A stretch of DNA of 54,543 nt from an uncultured Flavobacteriales bacterium (GTDB lineage: Bacteria > Bacteroidota > Bacteroidia > AKYH767-A > 2013-40CM-41-45): NCBI GenBank assembly GCA_964356415.1, contig CAYHHK010000009.1, forward strand, positions 1 through 54,543. Direction: 5' to 3'. The position numbers and the translations under genes are program-made. Shown in pieces: positions 40,618 to 51,320 of this stretch; position 1 is the first letter of the stretch; the number at the start of each line of letters is the position of its first letter. The notes below the pieces were generated by a model, which saw only the letters and a program-made list of their open reading frames with translations, had not been told where the DNA came from and ran no database searches.

Positions 40618-42744
40618 TTATTGTTCTGATGAGTAAGCATTCATTCCGGTATTTGCACTAAACTCTGCTGCGCGTTTTGCTGTTAAAGCCTGCGCGCTTT
40701 CTGTGATAAACTGATCCGCTGACATGATAAGCGGTGCCTTACCAATTCTGTGTACAATGGCGCGGAAATTAGAAGGTGTGTTTACAGTACCGTTGTAATC
40801 GATTTCAACATTCGAGATATCCTCGTATCCTGGCCAGGTGCGCATATTTGCGAGTAACGTTGGGTCAAAGGTGTTCATGTCGAATTTTGTGGCACCGTAA
40901 TCAATTCCGGTTCCAACAAACGCGTTCATCTTGTTCACTGGAGAGTTTCTTAGAATTCCCAGAGTACGATTGTTACCCGCTGCTGCATCCATTGGAATTC
41001 TTAGATGTGCGCGTATGCCATTTTTATCACTAATCGTTACAATAAAAGTTTGCTGGCGTTTGCCATCATTACCCTTATCTGATGCAGTGGTAGTTAATCG
41101 GGAAGATACTTTATAGTTCATTGAACTGTTGTCTGTTTTTCCATCACCGATCTGCAATTTCTTTAGCATGTCAGCAACGCTCTGCGGTTTCCCTTCAGTA
41201 CCATCACCAGGGTCAGTGTTTTGTAGTTTTTTATCCGCATCATAAACGTATCCACGGATATCAGCACCGCCAGTTAAATTGGCCAGGCTAAGTGTCTGCG
41301 TTACAATTTCTGTTTGCGCATCTTCTTCAGCAGTTGTAGGACGTCCATTGGAATTGATAGCTGGTTCAATTGCCCAGGAATTAGTTTCCGTTGTAATTTT
41401 TCCCAGATCACGCAATTGTTTATTGATCTTAGTGCGTTCAGTGTCACTCCTACCATCGGTAGTTGATAAATCTCTGACCTTACTCCAATCTGATCCGGCA
41501 GCAGTAGCAACTTCTTTCATACCATCATCAATACGCTTCACATCATTCAGTGCTTCCACTGCAGAGCGCATCTTGGTATCGAACAATTGTTCTGACTCAT
41601 TATATCCTTGAGCGCGTAAAGTAGCGTAAAGCCCTGCTCTATCCGTTTTGTACTTCTCAACTAATTTATTTGAAGCCTGGAGATTTGCCTGTCGTGTTGC
41701 AATTTGTTCTTTGGTAGGCGAAGTTCCCCACGCTGTCTCTGGTACGATAAGTCCCGGAACATACTTTCCAAGATTTGCAGTAACATCCGCAACTACTTTA
41801 TTGTTATTCGAAATCTGCTTTTTGGCAGCATCCACATCCTTGTACATAACCGAAGTAGTTGCTACTGTACCATCTTTATTTGTGGCGTTAGGTGGAACTA
41901 CCGGTGTTGGTGGTGGTGTTCCTAAACCCGCTGACCAATTTGGGATACCTTGAAAATTCTGATCAATTAATTTATACTCATGTGCTTTTGCAATTTTTTC
42001 AAACTGGGATTTAATTAAACTTTCAGCATCCGTCTTACTCATTTTTTCACCGGTGGGTGTGTACTGTCCAAGTTCGGTGTAAGTGCGTAATTGCTGTTTG
42101 TAAGAACTTGATTTTTGGTAATCCTCAAAAGCCGCTTCCTTATTGACTTTTACACCACTGTATTCAGTTGTGGTGAATAATCCCGGAACCGGAGAACCGC
42201 TAACAGATTTACCAGTTTTTGTTGGAGTCATGTGCGCTTTTACATTGTCAAGCATACTCCCGTCCCAATTATCTTTCTTCTGAACTTCAGGGGTAAACGT
42301 ATCAATTCCGTTGTACTGCCCCTGATCATTCAGCAATTGCTGACTCCGGGCAGATTTAAAGTTCAAAGCATCTGCACCAAATTGTGAAACCAATTGGTCT
42401 TCCTGGGCAATAGCTTTCATCTTCGCTTCATTCAATTTCCAGAAAGGATCGCTCCGTGACTGTTGAATAAAATTGATGGCATCGTTATATCCGGCGGATA
42501 AATCCCCGTTGTGCTTTGTGTAAATCTGATCAAAACCTTGTCTGAGATTTTGCATCACAGCGTTGTAATGTTGTGGGTCAGCGGTTTCGACTTCGTTTAA
42601 TTTGGCCATCTGCGCGCCAAATCCTTGTACGGCAGCATCATTGCGCTGTTGCTTATCAGCTAAAGACTTCTGAATGACTCCCATATCGTAGGGAACAAAC
42701 ATGCTCTCGTATTTCGATGGTTGGTATTGTACGTAGTTTGGCAT
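40618..42744 (-). CDS. Virion/cargo-type hypothetical protein (708 aa)
   Basis: It is tightly packed upstream of the giant ORF, and its start overlaps the upstream stop by 1 nt. No enzymatic motif was recognised. Confidence 0.75.
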   Translation of the reverse strand: MPNYVQYQPSKYESMFVPYDMGVIQKSLADKQQRNDAAVQGFGAQMAKLNEVETADPQHYNAVMQNLRQGFDQIYTKHNGDLSAGYNDAINFIQQSRSDPFWKLNEAKMKAIAQEDQLVSQFGADALNFKSARSQQLLNDQGQYNGIDTFTPEVQKKDNWDGSMLDNVKAHMTPTKTGKSVSGSPVPGLFTTTEYSGVKVNKEAAFEDYQKSSSYKQQLRTYTELGQYTPTGEKMSKTDAESLIKSQFEKIAKAHEYKLIDQNFQGIPNWSAGLGTPPPTPVVPPNATNKDGTVATTSVMYKDVDAAKKQISNNNKVVADVTANLGKYVPGLIVPETAWGTSPTKEQIATRQANLQASNKLVEKYKTDRAGLYATLRAQGYNESEQLFDTKMRSAVEALNDVKRIDDGMKEVATAAGSDWSKVRDLSTTDGRSDTERTKINKQLRDLGKITTETNSWAIEPAINSNGRPTTAEEDAQTEIVTQTLSLANLTGGADIRGYVYDADKKLQNTDPGDGTEGKPQSVADMLKKLQIGDGKTDNSSMNYKVSSRLTTTASDKGNDGKRQQTFIVTISDKNGIRAHLRIPMDAAAGNNRTLGILRNSPVNKMNAFVGTGIDYGATKFDMNTFDPTLLANMRTWPGYEDISNVEIDYNGTVNTPSNFRAIVHRIGKAPLIMSADQFITESAQALTAKRAAEFSANTGMNAYSSEQ

Positions 42745-44243
42745 TATGGCGTTGTTTTTTCTGTTCCTATATGTTTTGCATCCTGATACTTACCGCGTTT
42801 CTGAAGAATCTTTTCAAACTTATCCGGGGTAACAGGTTTGTTGTCCACTTCCATTACTGTTTTACCTTTGACCTGATAAACAAGCATTCCGTAAGCTGGA
42901 GATTGTGCATTGATCATTCTGTTTCCAACACGTTTAGCAACATACCCTGGCTGGGAAGTAAATCCCATCGTGTCCATTTGCTGATTGTACGCCATCGTGT
43001 CTTTCATGGCACCCATTGCTGTGTCACCAAGTCCACCCATGTAATTGACAAGTGCTTGGGTTTTACCGGTTCTTGCGTTGGCATTGAGTTCGTCAATCTG
43101 CATTTTGCGTGCAGCTTCCTGTTGGAGTAATGCAGCATTGCGCTGATTGAACTCATTTGGATTGTTCATTTTATTCTCTTCCTGGGCAAGTTTGGCAACA
43201 CCTTGGGTGTAACCTAAACCGGCTTGTGCCGCATACGCTGCATAATTTGCAGGATCATTGCCACGAGCATTGCGCAGATAATTATTGGTTTGTTCACGCA
43301 GATCGCGTTTGTCACCGGTTAAATCAGTAGTCTGAAATTTCGGCATCTGAGTCTGATCATACGCAATCTGTTCCGGCTTCTGTAAAAGGAAAGGAAGTTG
43401 TGCGAGTGCACTTACACCTTTGCCAACCATTCCTGCGATCATTTCAGGAGGTAATGAATTATTTTCAGGAACCTGTTGCTGCTGCCCCGCTGAAGGTTTA
43501 TATAAAGTCGGTTTATTGTATGTTAATCCGGCAGGAGTTGCAGTGGTGCCGGGTTGTAATGATGTCCCCGGTAAAAATTTGGTGGACGTTGCTCCATTGC
43601 TAACCATGTTTACAGTCTGCGGAGCAACTCCATAAGCATTCGGCATTTGTCCATACATTTCGGATCCTGGTAAATAATCTCCCCAACCAAGTTGTGGAAG
43701 ACCGCCACCCATTGCTTTAACAGGAACCATTAAAGGATTAGTCTGAACATACTGTAATCCACCAACTTTTGTTTGGCCAGTGTCTGTACGAATAGTAGGA
43801 GCCGTTTTAAATTCAATTCCGGTATTGTTTAAATTCCCGGCAACTTGCCCAACGGCTTGCAGTACAGTGTTGTTGGTAGTTTTTGTAGTTACTCCATTGT
43901 CTGCAAGTAACTTACTGTTCAATACAGGATTGGAATATCTGCCCCATTTATTACGCTGATCGAGACTATAGTTTGCAGAATCTGCATTGGCAAAACGAAC
44001 TCTTGCTGTGGGATTTGCTGCATCAAACGGATCAACTGGGCCACCAAAGGCCATCTGTTGTCCAACCATCTGCTGTTGCATCTGTTGTTTTACCGCTTCC
44101 TGTTCTGCCTGGAGTTCTTGTAGTTCACGATCTTGTGATTTTTTGGACATGGCGTCGTATTTACCGTCACCTAATCTGGAAGAGTACCTTTTTATGATCT
44201 GGTTTGCTCTATCGGCAAACGTAAGTTGTTTATTTTTAGACAT
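42744..44243 (-). CDS. Gln/Gly/Pro-rich virion-type hypothetical protein (499 aa)
   Basis: It abuts both neighbouring genes. The N-terminus is coiled-coil-like and the middle has Q/G/P-rich low complexity. Confidence 0.75.
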   Translation of the reverse strand: MSKNKQLTFADRANQIIKRYSSRLGDGKYDAMSKKSQDRELQELQAEQEAVKQQMQQQMVGQQMAFGGPVDPFDAANPTARVRFANADSANYSLDQRNKWGRYSNPVLNSKLLADNGVTTKTTNNTVLQAVGQVAGNLNNTGIEFKTAPTIRTDTGQTKVGGLQYVQTNPLMVPVKAMGGGLPQLGWGDYLPGSEMYGQMPNAYGVAPQTVNMVSNGATSTKFLPGTSLQPGTTATPAGLTYNKPTLYKPSAGQQQQVPENNSLPPEMIAGMVGKGVSALAQLPFLLQKPEQIAYDQTQMPKFQTTDLTGDKRDLREQTNNYLRNARGNDPANYAAYAAQAGLGYTQGVAKLAQEENKMNNPNEFNQRNAALLQQEAARKMQIDELNANARTGKTQALVNYMGGLGDTAMGAMKDTMAYNQQMDTMGFTSQPGYVAKRVGNRMINAQSPAYGMLVYQVKGKTVMEVDNKPVTPDKFEKILQKRGKYQDAKHIGTEKTTP

Positions 44244-45113
44244 TTAGAAACGATTTGAGAAGACGTATGCTGATTTAGTTGTTGGATTTACCCAACTTAC
44301 CTCACCCTGTTCAACAGTAGCTACAGATTCTTTACTACTGATAGCTGAAGGATTTCCCAACGCATCGACTGGAATACCTTCATACCCTGAAGTGTTCTGT
44401 TCATGTGTTCCGCCCCCGGTATATTGATTGATCATTGGCATGATTCCGCCACCCGCATAGCGTGGTAACTTTCCACCCATCGCTGCCTGCGGTGTTTGAA
44501 AATTCCCGGCATCTGTCAGGCGAGAAGCGTTGATTGCATTTTGACTTTGGATTGCACTATCGCGACCCTTAGATTGGCGTGCCATTTCTTTAGCTTCAGC
44601 GGCTCTTGTAAGTCCGCCATAAACCGGAACCATCGAACCTAATCCTTTTCCCCACTGTCCTTGAGATATTTCACCAATGCCGCGTGTAAATCCATCCAAA
44701 GGATTTACAACATCATTTAGTAATTGTACGCCGATACTTGATTCATTGTTATTTGCAATGGCACCGATAGTTTCATCGACGATTGTATCTGCTATTGCAA
44801 TAGCAGTACCTACAACTGGGATGGCATTCAATCCTACACGGATAGTATTCCGTGCCAGGTTTTGCACACTTTCCCCACTGGAAAAATCTGTTGACATTGC
44901 ATCTGATAAAATGCCTACTCCGGCAGAAGCTACGCCGGCACCACTTATTCCCCCGGAAGATTTAACTGCACCTGATGTTGATGTCGCTGATCCATTGGGA
45001 TTTTGGAAAGTCAGTGTAGGTTCCAGCAAGGGATTGCCACCAGCAGCGAGTTTGTTTAATCCAGAATATTTGGTAAGAAGATGATTGAGGTATGGAGACT
45101 TATATTTTGTCAT
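44244..45113 (-). CDS. Gly/Ala-rich virion-type hypothetical protein (289 aa)
   Basis: This is the first gene downstream of the candidate promoter at 45167-45197. The composition is glycine- and alanine-rich. Confidence 0.7.
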   Translation of the reverse strand: MTKYKSPYLNHLLTKYSGLNKLAAGGNPLLEPTLTFQNPNGSATSTSGAVKSSGGISGAGVASAGVGILSDAMSTDFSSGESVQNLARNTIRVGLNAIPVVGTAIAIADTIVDETIGAIANNNESSIGVQLLNDVVNPLDGFTRGIGEISQGQWGKGLGSMVPVYGGLTRAAEAKEMARQSKGRDSAIQSQNAINASRLTDAGNFQTPQAAMGGKLPRYAGGGIMPMINQYTGGGTHEQNTSGYEGIPVDALGNPSAISSKESVATVEQGEVSWVNPTTKSAYVFSNRF

Positions 45114-45166
45114 TGCAGATATTACAAGTTTGAACTTCTGTGATTACACAACTAATCCCCACTTTA

Positions 45167-45197
45167 CAAAGATACTACAACTGACAACACTTGTCAA
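45167..45197 (-). promoter_or_regulatory. Candidate promoter (TTGACA-N17-TATCTTTG) on the minus strand
   Basis: The minus strand reads TTGACAagtgttgtcagttgtagTATCTTTGTAAAG. The -7 box fits the Bacteroidota TAnnTTTG consensus. The palindrome TGACAAcacTTGTCA (45182-45196) overlaps the -35 box. The element lies in the 119-nt gap between two structural genes. Confidence 0.45.
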
Positions 45198-45232
45198 GAA
45201 ATACTTGATTTATTTTGTCACACCGGATATTA

Positions 45233-48200
45233 CTAAATCTTACTACCTACGAAATGCGTGGTGATATCCTCAAGTCTGAATGTATCAGCATTCTCGGAAT
45301 TGATAAATTCCATGGTTATAAGCAATGCAGCACTACGCATTTTGTCGGTGCCGTTGATATTCCTGGGAATGTCATTGTGCCAAATTCTGAATCTTCTGCG
45401 AGTGTTAACAGGTTCAACCAGAGTTACTCTACCGGAATTCTGATACTCGTTCTCGACCTTGATGGTATCGAAGTTTCTCTGCACATCTTCATAAGCTGTG
45501 TTTTCTACCGTAAAGTTGTATTCGTTGGTAGCGTAAACTAACACGGTTTTGGAACCGCTGTTGACGATGTAGGTAAGACTTGAAGGGAAGAATTTATTGT
45601 AAAACCATCCCGGCTTACCAAATCCGTGTGCAGAAACTTCCGTGGATTTATCCAGTGCAGATAGAATGCACTGATCAATCTTATGATAAATGCCCGGAGT
45701 GAAGTCAAAGAAGGTTTCAAATGACTGCATTAATTCGTTGAAGGCAATCGTGAAGGATTGAGCATCGATGGCAACAGGAGGGCCAGGCTGGTCTGTGACG
45801 ATACCTGTAGCCAGGAAAGTAAACAACACCCTGCCATTTTTCGCATCTACTATCAAATGAACTCCGTTTCCGTTCAATGTATCATCCTGCTGAATACAAT
45901 CTACGTCCAAGGCGTTTAAGTCGCTTTGAATACTCTTCATGAAACTTAATGGGACAGTCTCGTTTTTTGCATAGGTTTTGCCGGAGATCGTGTACATCCC
46001 AATCTTGTTATTCAGGGCATCATAGTAATACAATGAATCTTTCGTCACCCCGGCAAGTACCATTGCAAACCGGTGCATACATCCACTCTTAGTGGTAATG
46101 TATTTGAAATCATCCAGTAATCCGCCCTTGCCAATGGTCATTGCGACCCCGAGTTCATCAGGAATTGTCAGCACTTTCTCGTTTACGGATACAACTCCCA
46201 GTGCCCTATCCTGGGCAAAGATCAGGGCATCTTCGAAAATCTGCAGATTGTTGATTGGGCCATGTGCACCATTGACGTCGATTTTTGTTCCCGCCAGAAA
46301 GTGTGTCCATGAATCAATTTCTTCATTCGCGCTTTTCACCAGGCTGGCCATGATCCGGCAATCAAAAACTCTATTGTCAGAAAATAACAACGGTTTTGGA
46401 AAATATTTTGTGAGATCAGCTTGTTTTGAATACACGGTGTTGTACAAATACAAATCCGTGGATTGCGTAAAATAGGTGGGGCCAGAACCCTGTATCCAAC
46501 TACCTGCAGTTTCCCGCATACAATCCCACCCAAGCCCGGAGGCGACTAAGCGGTGAGGAGATTTATCGTGGCGAAGAGCGAGATTGATTGTTGTCTCCAC
46601 TGGAATATTAACCACGCTGGCATTCAACGCAGAACCATCCGGGAATAATCTCAAATTCTCAAAGTAATCAATGAAGGTATCGCCACCAAAAACATTGATG
46701 TAGTTATGCAAAACTGTAGATGGCTGCATACAGGTTTGGTACATGCTGAATGTTCGAGCCTCACTGGTTTGTCCACCATAAGGGATGATTGCACGTTCAT
46801 AGTTTACAATCCTACTTTGCCGAAGTTCTGTTATTTCAGAAGTAAATGTGATCCAGGCTTTGTCCAGATTCGTCACAAGATTTGTGCAAAAATAGGCACG
46901 AGGATGCACATCATTATTTGTCAATGCGCCGTTCCATTCCCAACAGTAATTTATGTAGGGGATATTCGGGCCAACAATAATCTTTGTTTCACTGGATGGG
47001 GGAACAATCTTTGCGTCAATAACGGCAATCTTCTCCCAATTAGGTGAAGGTGTTAGTGTGTAAGCTTTATGATTATACTGTTGCGCATTACTTTCGGGAT
47101 AGTCTGAATGACATTGTGCCGTACCCTGAATTCTTAATGAGTCTCCGCCAACTGGTTTAAGATTCTTGAAAAAGCTGATCTCCGGGGATATAAAGTTTCC
47201 GAGTTTATTATTTTCCAGTTCGGTTATTCTGGGAACCCAGCAGTTCTTCGCAGAAGCTGTTGCATCATAGGCAGACTTCCAGTACCCTTGCGCAAGAATA
47301 GTTTTATCCCACTCCTCACGTTTACACCGTACTACCTGATAACTAACAGCATCCGGCGGCATGTTCTTTACTTTCACCTGAAGCGAAAGAATGTTAGCGT
47401 ACACATTATTATTAACCGCAGAGTTGCCATAAAAAGTAGAAAAGTCAGTGTAGTTTACACCATTAAATGAATATGTTGTGCGGGTATCGTTTTCATAAAT
47501 TGCCGGGAATTTGATATCACCAATCCATTTAACAAATGATGCACGTCCTTTTGTGTCTTTAAAAATGAGGCCTACTCTGTAAATCTCATCACGCATCCAT
47601 CCCATTTTATTCATCACATTAAATGGGCTGGCGTAGCTGGTGTAAGAAGGGTTGTCCACGGTATTTTCCCGTGGTACGCCAAGTCTGGTTAAATTTGATG
47701 TGTTTGCTACAATTCCTGTATTGTCAATTAGCATCGGAGTCAGCTTGAATCGATAAGATGTATTGGGGCCTTCTCCTCCCAGTTCATTCGCCAGGTTATA
47801 GGCGAATCCCGGGTCAAGAATTTCTGAAGGACGTTGAAGTTCTTTCGACAATCCGCAGTCATGATTCTCCGGTATTACTTGCCCGGTGATTTTGAAATCA
47901 GTTGTAACCGTGTCAGAAACGCCTGAAGAATTAAGTACACGCGCATATTGTCCAGCGCCTTTGTTTCTTGTAAACCGGTATGCCCTGGCATCGAAGATCG
48001 GGTCATAAAAATCCTGGGTAATGTTTGCAGGAAACAGCATATTGTCCTTAATCTCAAATGTCTTACAAGTGAAATCCGTTAATCCAAGACTTACAAATTC
48101 AGCAGAAGTAATCGATCCCAAGGAATCCCCGGTGTCGTTAAATCGAATTGTACCCATTGGCGGAATGGCACACTCCTTTACAATATTGATTGTCGGAGTA

Positions 48201-49327
48201 CCTTCAAAGGCATTATACCAAATCGAAACAACTCTGATAAAATCAAAAGTGCGATCTAGGTTGTTAATCTCCACCGTGATAAACTTTCCGCTTAACTGGT
48301 CAATGGCGCGTCCTGTGTAAAGCTGCGAGTCTGTGAGTTTATCGTTATCTGCAGTGATGTGTACGAATCCGGTAGGAGTGCTGTATGAAGATTGATTGCC
48401 GTGCAAATTGAACATGGAGTATGCATATTGCACAACACCGGTTTGATATCTTCCGCCAGCGCCAATGTCAATTGGTTTTATTGTGGCAAAATTACTGTTG
48501 GGTACAATCTCCAGTTTACACATCGGATACCCCAGTAACCGGGAATCAAAAATGTTTACGTGACGGAATGTGTTTATGGTATCTGTAAAATATACTTTAC
48601 CAATTTCCGGTGATTCGTAATTAGTTTTTGCCAATACACGGTGAGACATGGAAAAGTTAAACGCATTGTGGCTGGCCAAATGCGCTCCCGGAACCAAAAA
48701 GTTCTCAACAGTGTCCAGGGCTTTTCCGGTTTTCTTGCTGATCTTCATCTTCCAAATCTGACCATATTCACCGGTGGTTGAAAAGATTATCAACCAATCA
48801 CGTAGATTGGCACTTCCCACAATCTGTGGATTGGTTTGCGTGGGAACTGTTTTTGAAATACTGGTGCGTGGGCTGGGGCCGGTTTCTGTCAAATTGGTTA
48901 CAGTAACCGTAAGCGTTTCACCTAATCCTACGATTTTTATGAAGTCCTGGCAGTTGAAAATTCGGAACTCATTGTTTACAATATGGCTATTGTATGAACT
49001 AATCAGTTGATTGTACAAAGCACCTACGCTGGTATCGACATTAATCGGCCCTGATGCAAACCCATTGATGCGAATCATGGTAGAAATTCCAGAAGGATGA
49101 TTCGGGTCTTCAGGTGTTACACGCAACTCATACATGCCGGCGATAGAGGAAGGTAGTTTAAAACTAAGATTCATGCCATTCTCATTCATCACATTCCCGG
49201 TAGATAAACCGTGGTTAGTGAGGATCCGAATATTCTTTGCATGATAATACTTAGTGTTCGAGTATTTATTTCGAGCAGTGTCCCTGTCCATCCCACCCAT
49301 GTAGGTGTTAACCGTTGAGTTTGTCAT
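45233..49327 (-). CDS. Large tail-associated structural protein (1364 aa)
   Basis: The call rests on its size and its position before the cargo genes and the giant ejected protein. The N-terminus is MTNSTVNTYMGGMDRDTARNKYSNTKYYHAKNIRIL. No enzymatic motif was recognised. Confidence 0.75.
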   Translation of the reverse strand: MTNSTVNTYMGGMDRDTARNKYSNTKYYHAKNIRILTNHGLSTGNVMNENGMNLSFKLPSSIAGMYELRVTPEDPNHPSGISTMIRINGFASGPINVDTSVGALYNQLISSYNSHIVNNEFRIFNCQDFIKIVGLGETLTVTVTNLTETGPSPRTSISKTVPTQTNPQIVGSANLRDWLIIFSTTGEYGQIWKMKISKKTGKALDTVENFLVPGAHLASHNAFNFSMSHRVLAKTNYESPEIGKVYFTDTINTFRHVNIFDSRLLGYPMCKLEIVPNSNFATIKPIDIGAGGRYQTGVVQYAYSMFNLHGNQSSYSTPTGFVHITADNDKLTDSQLYTGRAIDQLSGKFITVEINNLDRTFDFIRVVSIWYNAFEGTPTINIVKECAIPPMGTIRFNDTGDSLGSITSAEFVSLGLTDFTCKTFEIKDNMLFPANITQDFYDPIFDARAYRFTRNKGAGQYARVLNSSGVSDTVTTDFKITGQVIPENHDCGLSKELQRPSEILDPGFAYNLANELGGEGPNTSYRFKLTPMLIDNTGIVANTSNLTRLGVPRENTVDNPSYTSYASPFNVMNKMGWMRDEIYRVGLIFKDTKGRASFVKWIGDIKFPAIYENDTRTTYSFNGVNYTDFSTFYGNSAVNNNVYANILSLQVKVKNMPPDAVSYQVVRCKREEWDKTILAQGYWKSAYDATASAKNCWVPRITELENNKLGNFISPEISFFKNLKPVGGDSLRIQGTAQCHSDYPESNAQQYNHKAYTLTPSPNWEKIAVIDAKIVPPSSETKIIVGPNIPYINYCWEWNGALTNNDVHPRAYFCTNLVTNLDKAWITFTSEITELRQSRIVNYERAIIPYGGQTSEARTFSMYQTCMQPSTVLHNYINVFGGDTFIDYFENLRLFPDGSALNASVVNIPVETTINLALRHDKSPHRLVASGLGWDCMRETAGSWIQGSGPTYFTQSTDLYLYNTVYSKQADLTKYFPKPLLFSDNRVFDCRIMASLVKSANEEIDSWTHFLAGTKIDVNGAHGPINNLQIFEDALIFAQDRALGVVSVNEKVLTIPDELGVAMTIGKGGLLDDFKYITTKSGCMHRFAMVLAGVTKDSLYYYDALNNKIGMYTISGKTYAKNETVPLSFMKSIQSDLNALDVDCIQQDDTLNGNGVHLIVDAKNGRVLFTFLATGIVTDQPGPPVAIDAQSFTIAFNELMQSFETFFDFTPGIYHKIDQCILSALDKSTEVSAHGFGKPGWFYNKFFPSSLTYIVNSGSKTVLVYATNEYNFTVENTAYEDVQRNFDTIKVENEYQNSGRVTLVEPVNTRRRFRIWHNDIPRNINGTDKMRSAALLITMEFINSENADTFRLEDITTHFVGSKI

Positions 49328-49333
49328 CGTAAA

Positions 49334-50089
49334 TTATTTTCTGGTATGCGTGTAGTATCTGGCACGTTGAGTTAATCCTTTGAATCCTGTTGAATGCATT
49401 CCGAGTTTGATGATTGGTGAATTAACCAACCTGGCAATATTCTCCATGCGATCCAAGTCCGGCATCTTTGCGCTGTTGGAGCCTGAAGGAATTCCCCATA
49501 AGGATTCTTTCTCAAAGTATTCTTTCTTTTCCCGGGAAAGCTTGTCTTGAACCCACATTGCGGTGGCGATTGCTGATGCGCAGAATGCCACGACTCCGCG
49601 AAGGACGCGAACATCATCGGGAACCAATGGGCAATTTCTGTTGTCAACTGGAAAACCGTTGTATGCAATTCGTACAGTTCCCTGCTGGAATCCGGTGTTG
49701 ATGAATCCGTTTACAATTTTGTAGGTAGGGTCGCCGCTAAATGGTGTTGAATCAATCAGGGTTGGTGCATCACTTATACCATCTTCAGGGTCTTGATAAG
49801 TTGCGCCGGAAGGAATTTGGTCAGTATAGAGAGCAGTTTGCTCAGTCAGTGTGACACCGTTCTCCAGACAAATTACTCCGCTGGCTTTACCACGAAAGTT
49901 CACCGGGAGTAAACCCTGGAAATCTACAATGTCAATATTTGCTTCGCAGGGAATCATAATTTCTTTGGCTCCCATCAGCGATAATGCATCGAAGATTAAT
50001 TCTTTTGTGTCAACATCGTCGATAAATTGTGGTGCGAGTCCTGTCTTGTACAGTCTCTCCATTACAGTTTCGTAGGCTACGTAGTTCAT
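49334..50089 (-). CDS. Structural-module hypothetical protein (251 aa)
   Basis: It is tightly packed, with 6-nt gaps on both sides. No motif was recognised. Confidence 0.7.
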   Translation of the reverse strand: MNYVAYETVMERLYKTGLAPQFIDDVDTKELIFDALSLMGAKEIMIPCEANIDIVDFQGLLPVNFRGKASGVICLENGVTLTEQTALYTDQIPSGATYQDPEDGISDAPTLIDSTPFSGDPTYKIVNGFINTGFQQGTVRIAYNGFPVDNRNCPLVPDDVRVLRGVVAFCASAIATAMWVQDKLSREKKEYFEKESLWGIPSGSNSAKMPDLDRMENIARLVNSPIIKLGMHSTGFKGLTQRARYYTHTRK

Positions 50090-50095
50090 TGGTAA

Positions 50096-50644
50096 TTAGG
50101 TTGAAGTGCAAAAATCTACAGTGATATCCTCATTTTTTAATACCTCACTCAATTTACGCGAATGAGAGCGTGCAGGAAGAAATGAGTAAACCGTTTGATT
50201 TTGAATATTACTGGTTCGTTTATCCCAATAAAATCTGTAACGGAACCCATCAGTGTGGCTGTTGACCAGCCTGACCACTTTCTTCTCTTCCCGGGTTTTG
50301 GGGTCTTTCAACCAAAGCAGTTTGGTTGCCTTAAAGTCAATGGGCAAATGCGCAGTCTTGAGTGAACCGTCATCCAGAAAGAAAGCATTGCATTTATATT
50401 TGCGAATTCCCAGTGTACCCATGTGTGCCGGTAAGAAGATATCGCATCCTGTTGTAATACTTTCCACCATCAACTGCTCATTGATCTGTTGACAGACTTT
50501 GGCAAAGACACCGTAAGGAACAGCCTTGCCATGCTTTGCCACGTAATACTTGTAAATATTTCTTAAAACAAAATCAGTTCGATGCTTACCCTTGCCCCTG
50601 GTTGGGATCTGCAACTGGTTGTTTACCCGCGTCATCTCTTGCAT
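50096..50644 (-). CDS. Hypothetical protein, possible HU/IHF-like DNA-binding fold
   Basis: VPYGVFAKVCQQINEQLMVESITTGCDIFLPAHMGTLGIRKYK...LPIDFKATKLLW resembles the HU/IHF pattern (G..v.L.g.G.f.v..r......p.F.a.k.L). The start could be 50644 or 50635. Either way it overlaps the upstream gene by 50-59 nt. Confidence 0.6.
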   Translation of the reverse strand: MQEMTRVNNQLQIPTRGKGKHRTDFVLRNIYKYYVAKHGKAVPYGVFAKVCQQINEQLMVESITTGCDIFLPAHMGTLGIRKYKCNAFFLDDGSLKTAHLPIDFKATKLLWLKDPKTREEKKVVRLVNSHTDGFRYRFYWDKRTSNIQNQTVYSFLPARSHSRKLSEVLKNEDITVDFCTST

Positions 50645-51317
50645 TGTTCTGTGTGTCAGATTGTGAGCCGAACATGTAACGTATGTCGGATTGAATTAAA
50701 ATATCTTTCATGTAGGTCACCAGGTTCTCGGTGATAGGATATTCGCTGGCATCAGTATAGCAAGGTGTGCCATCAGCTTTAGTAAATTTCGAGGCTTCTT
50801 CCGGGTTTGCCAGAATCGGTTTGATGTTTAGTTTTCCCAAACCGGCATACTCAAGCGATGTTCCGTGGGTCAGCAAGTAAACTCTTTCATTCCAGAGAAA
50901 TGCAAAGATTGCATTCTGGTTAAACTTACCGTGACCGATGTAAGGGACGCGCTCAAAAGGAATAAATGTGTATTTGGCAGAGTGAATCATTGCCGGGCCA
51001 ATCCGGGTAAATGTGGGTTCGCCATAAACTTCTATTGTTGATGGGATATCCTGCACTGTTCTTTTGATCTTGTAGTCGGTATTCAGACCACACAGGGACG
51101 CATCTACTACTTCAAGGTCAATACACCCCAGGTCTTGTGTAAAACGCGGCGAGAGGGGCTTAAATTTAGCCAACTCGTTTCGAATCCATGTTGCTCTGGA
51201 GTTTTTGATCCAATACTTCATTTGCCGAATATCAATGTTGCTATCATCATGCGTTTGTTTGATGGTAGTCAACAGATCATACGCGATTACATCCAGGGTT
51301 AATACAAGTGGGGCCAT
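50586..51317 (-). CDS. Structural-module hypothetical protein (243 aa)
   Basis: The ORF is packed 3 nt after the upstream stop. No motif was recognised. Confidence 0.7.
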   Translation of the reverse strand: MAPLVLTLDVIAYDLLTTIKQTHDDSNIDIRQMKYWIKNSRATWIRNELAKFKPLSPRFTQDLGCIDLEVVDASLCGLNTDYKIKRTVQDIPSTIEVYGEPTFTRIGPAMIHSAKYTFIPFERVPYIGHGKFNQNAIFAFLWNERVYLLTHGTSLEYAGLGKLNIKPILANPEEASKFTKADGTPCYTDASEYPITENLVTYMKDILIQSDIRYMFGSQSDTQNNARDDAGKQPVADPNQGQG

Positions 51318-51320
51318 TGT

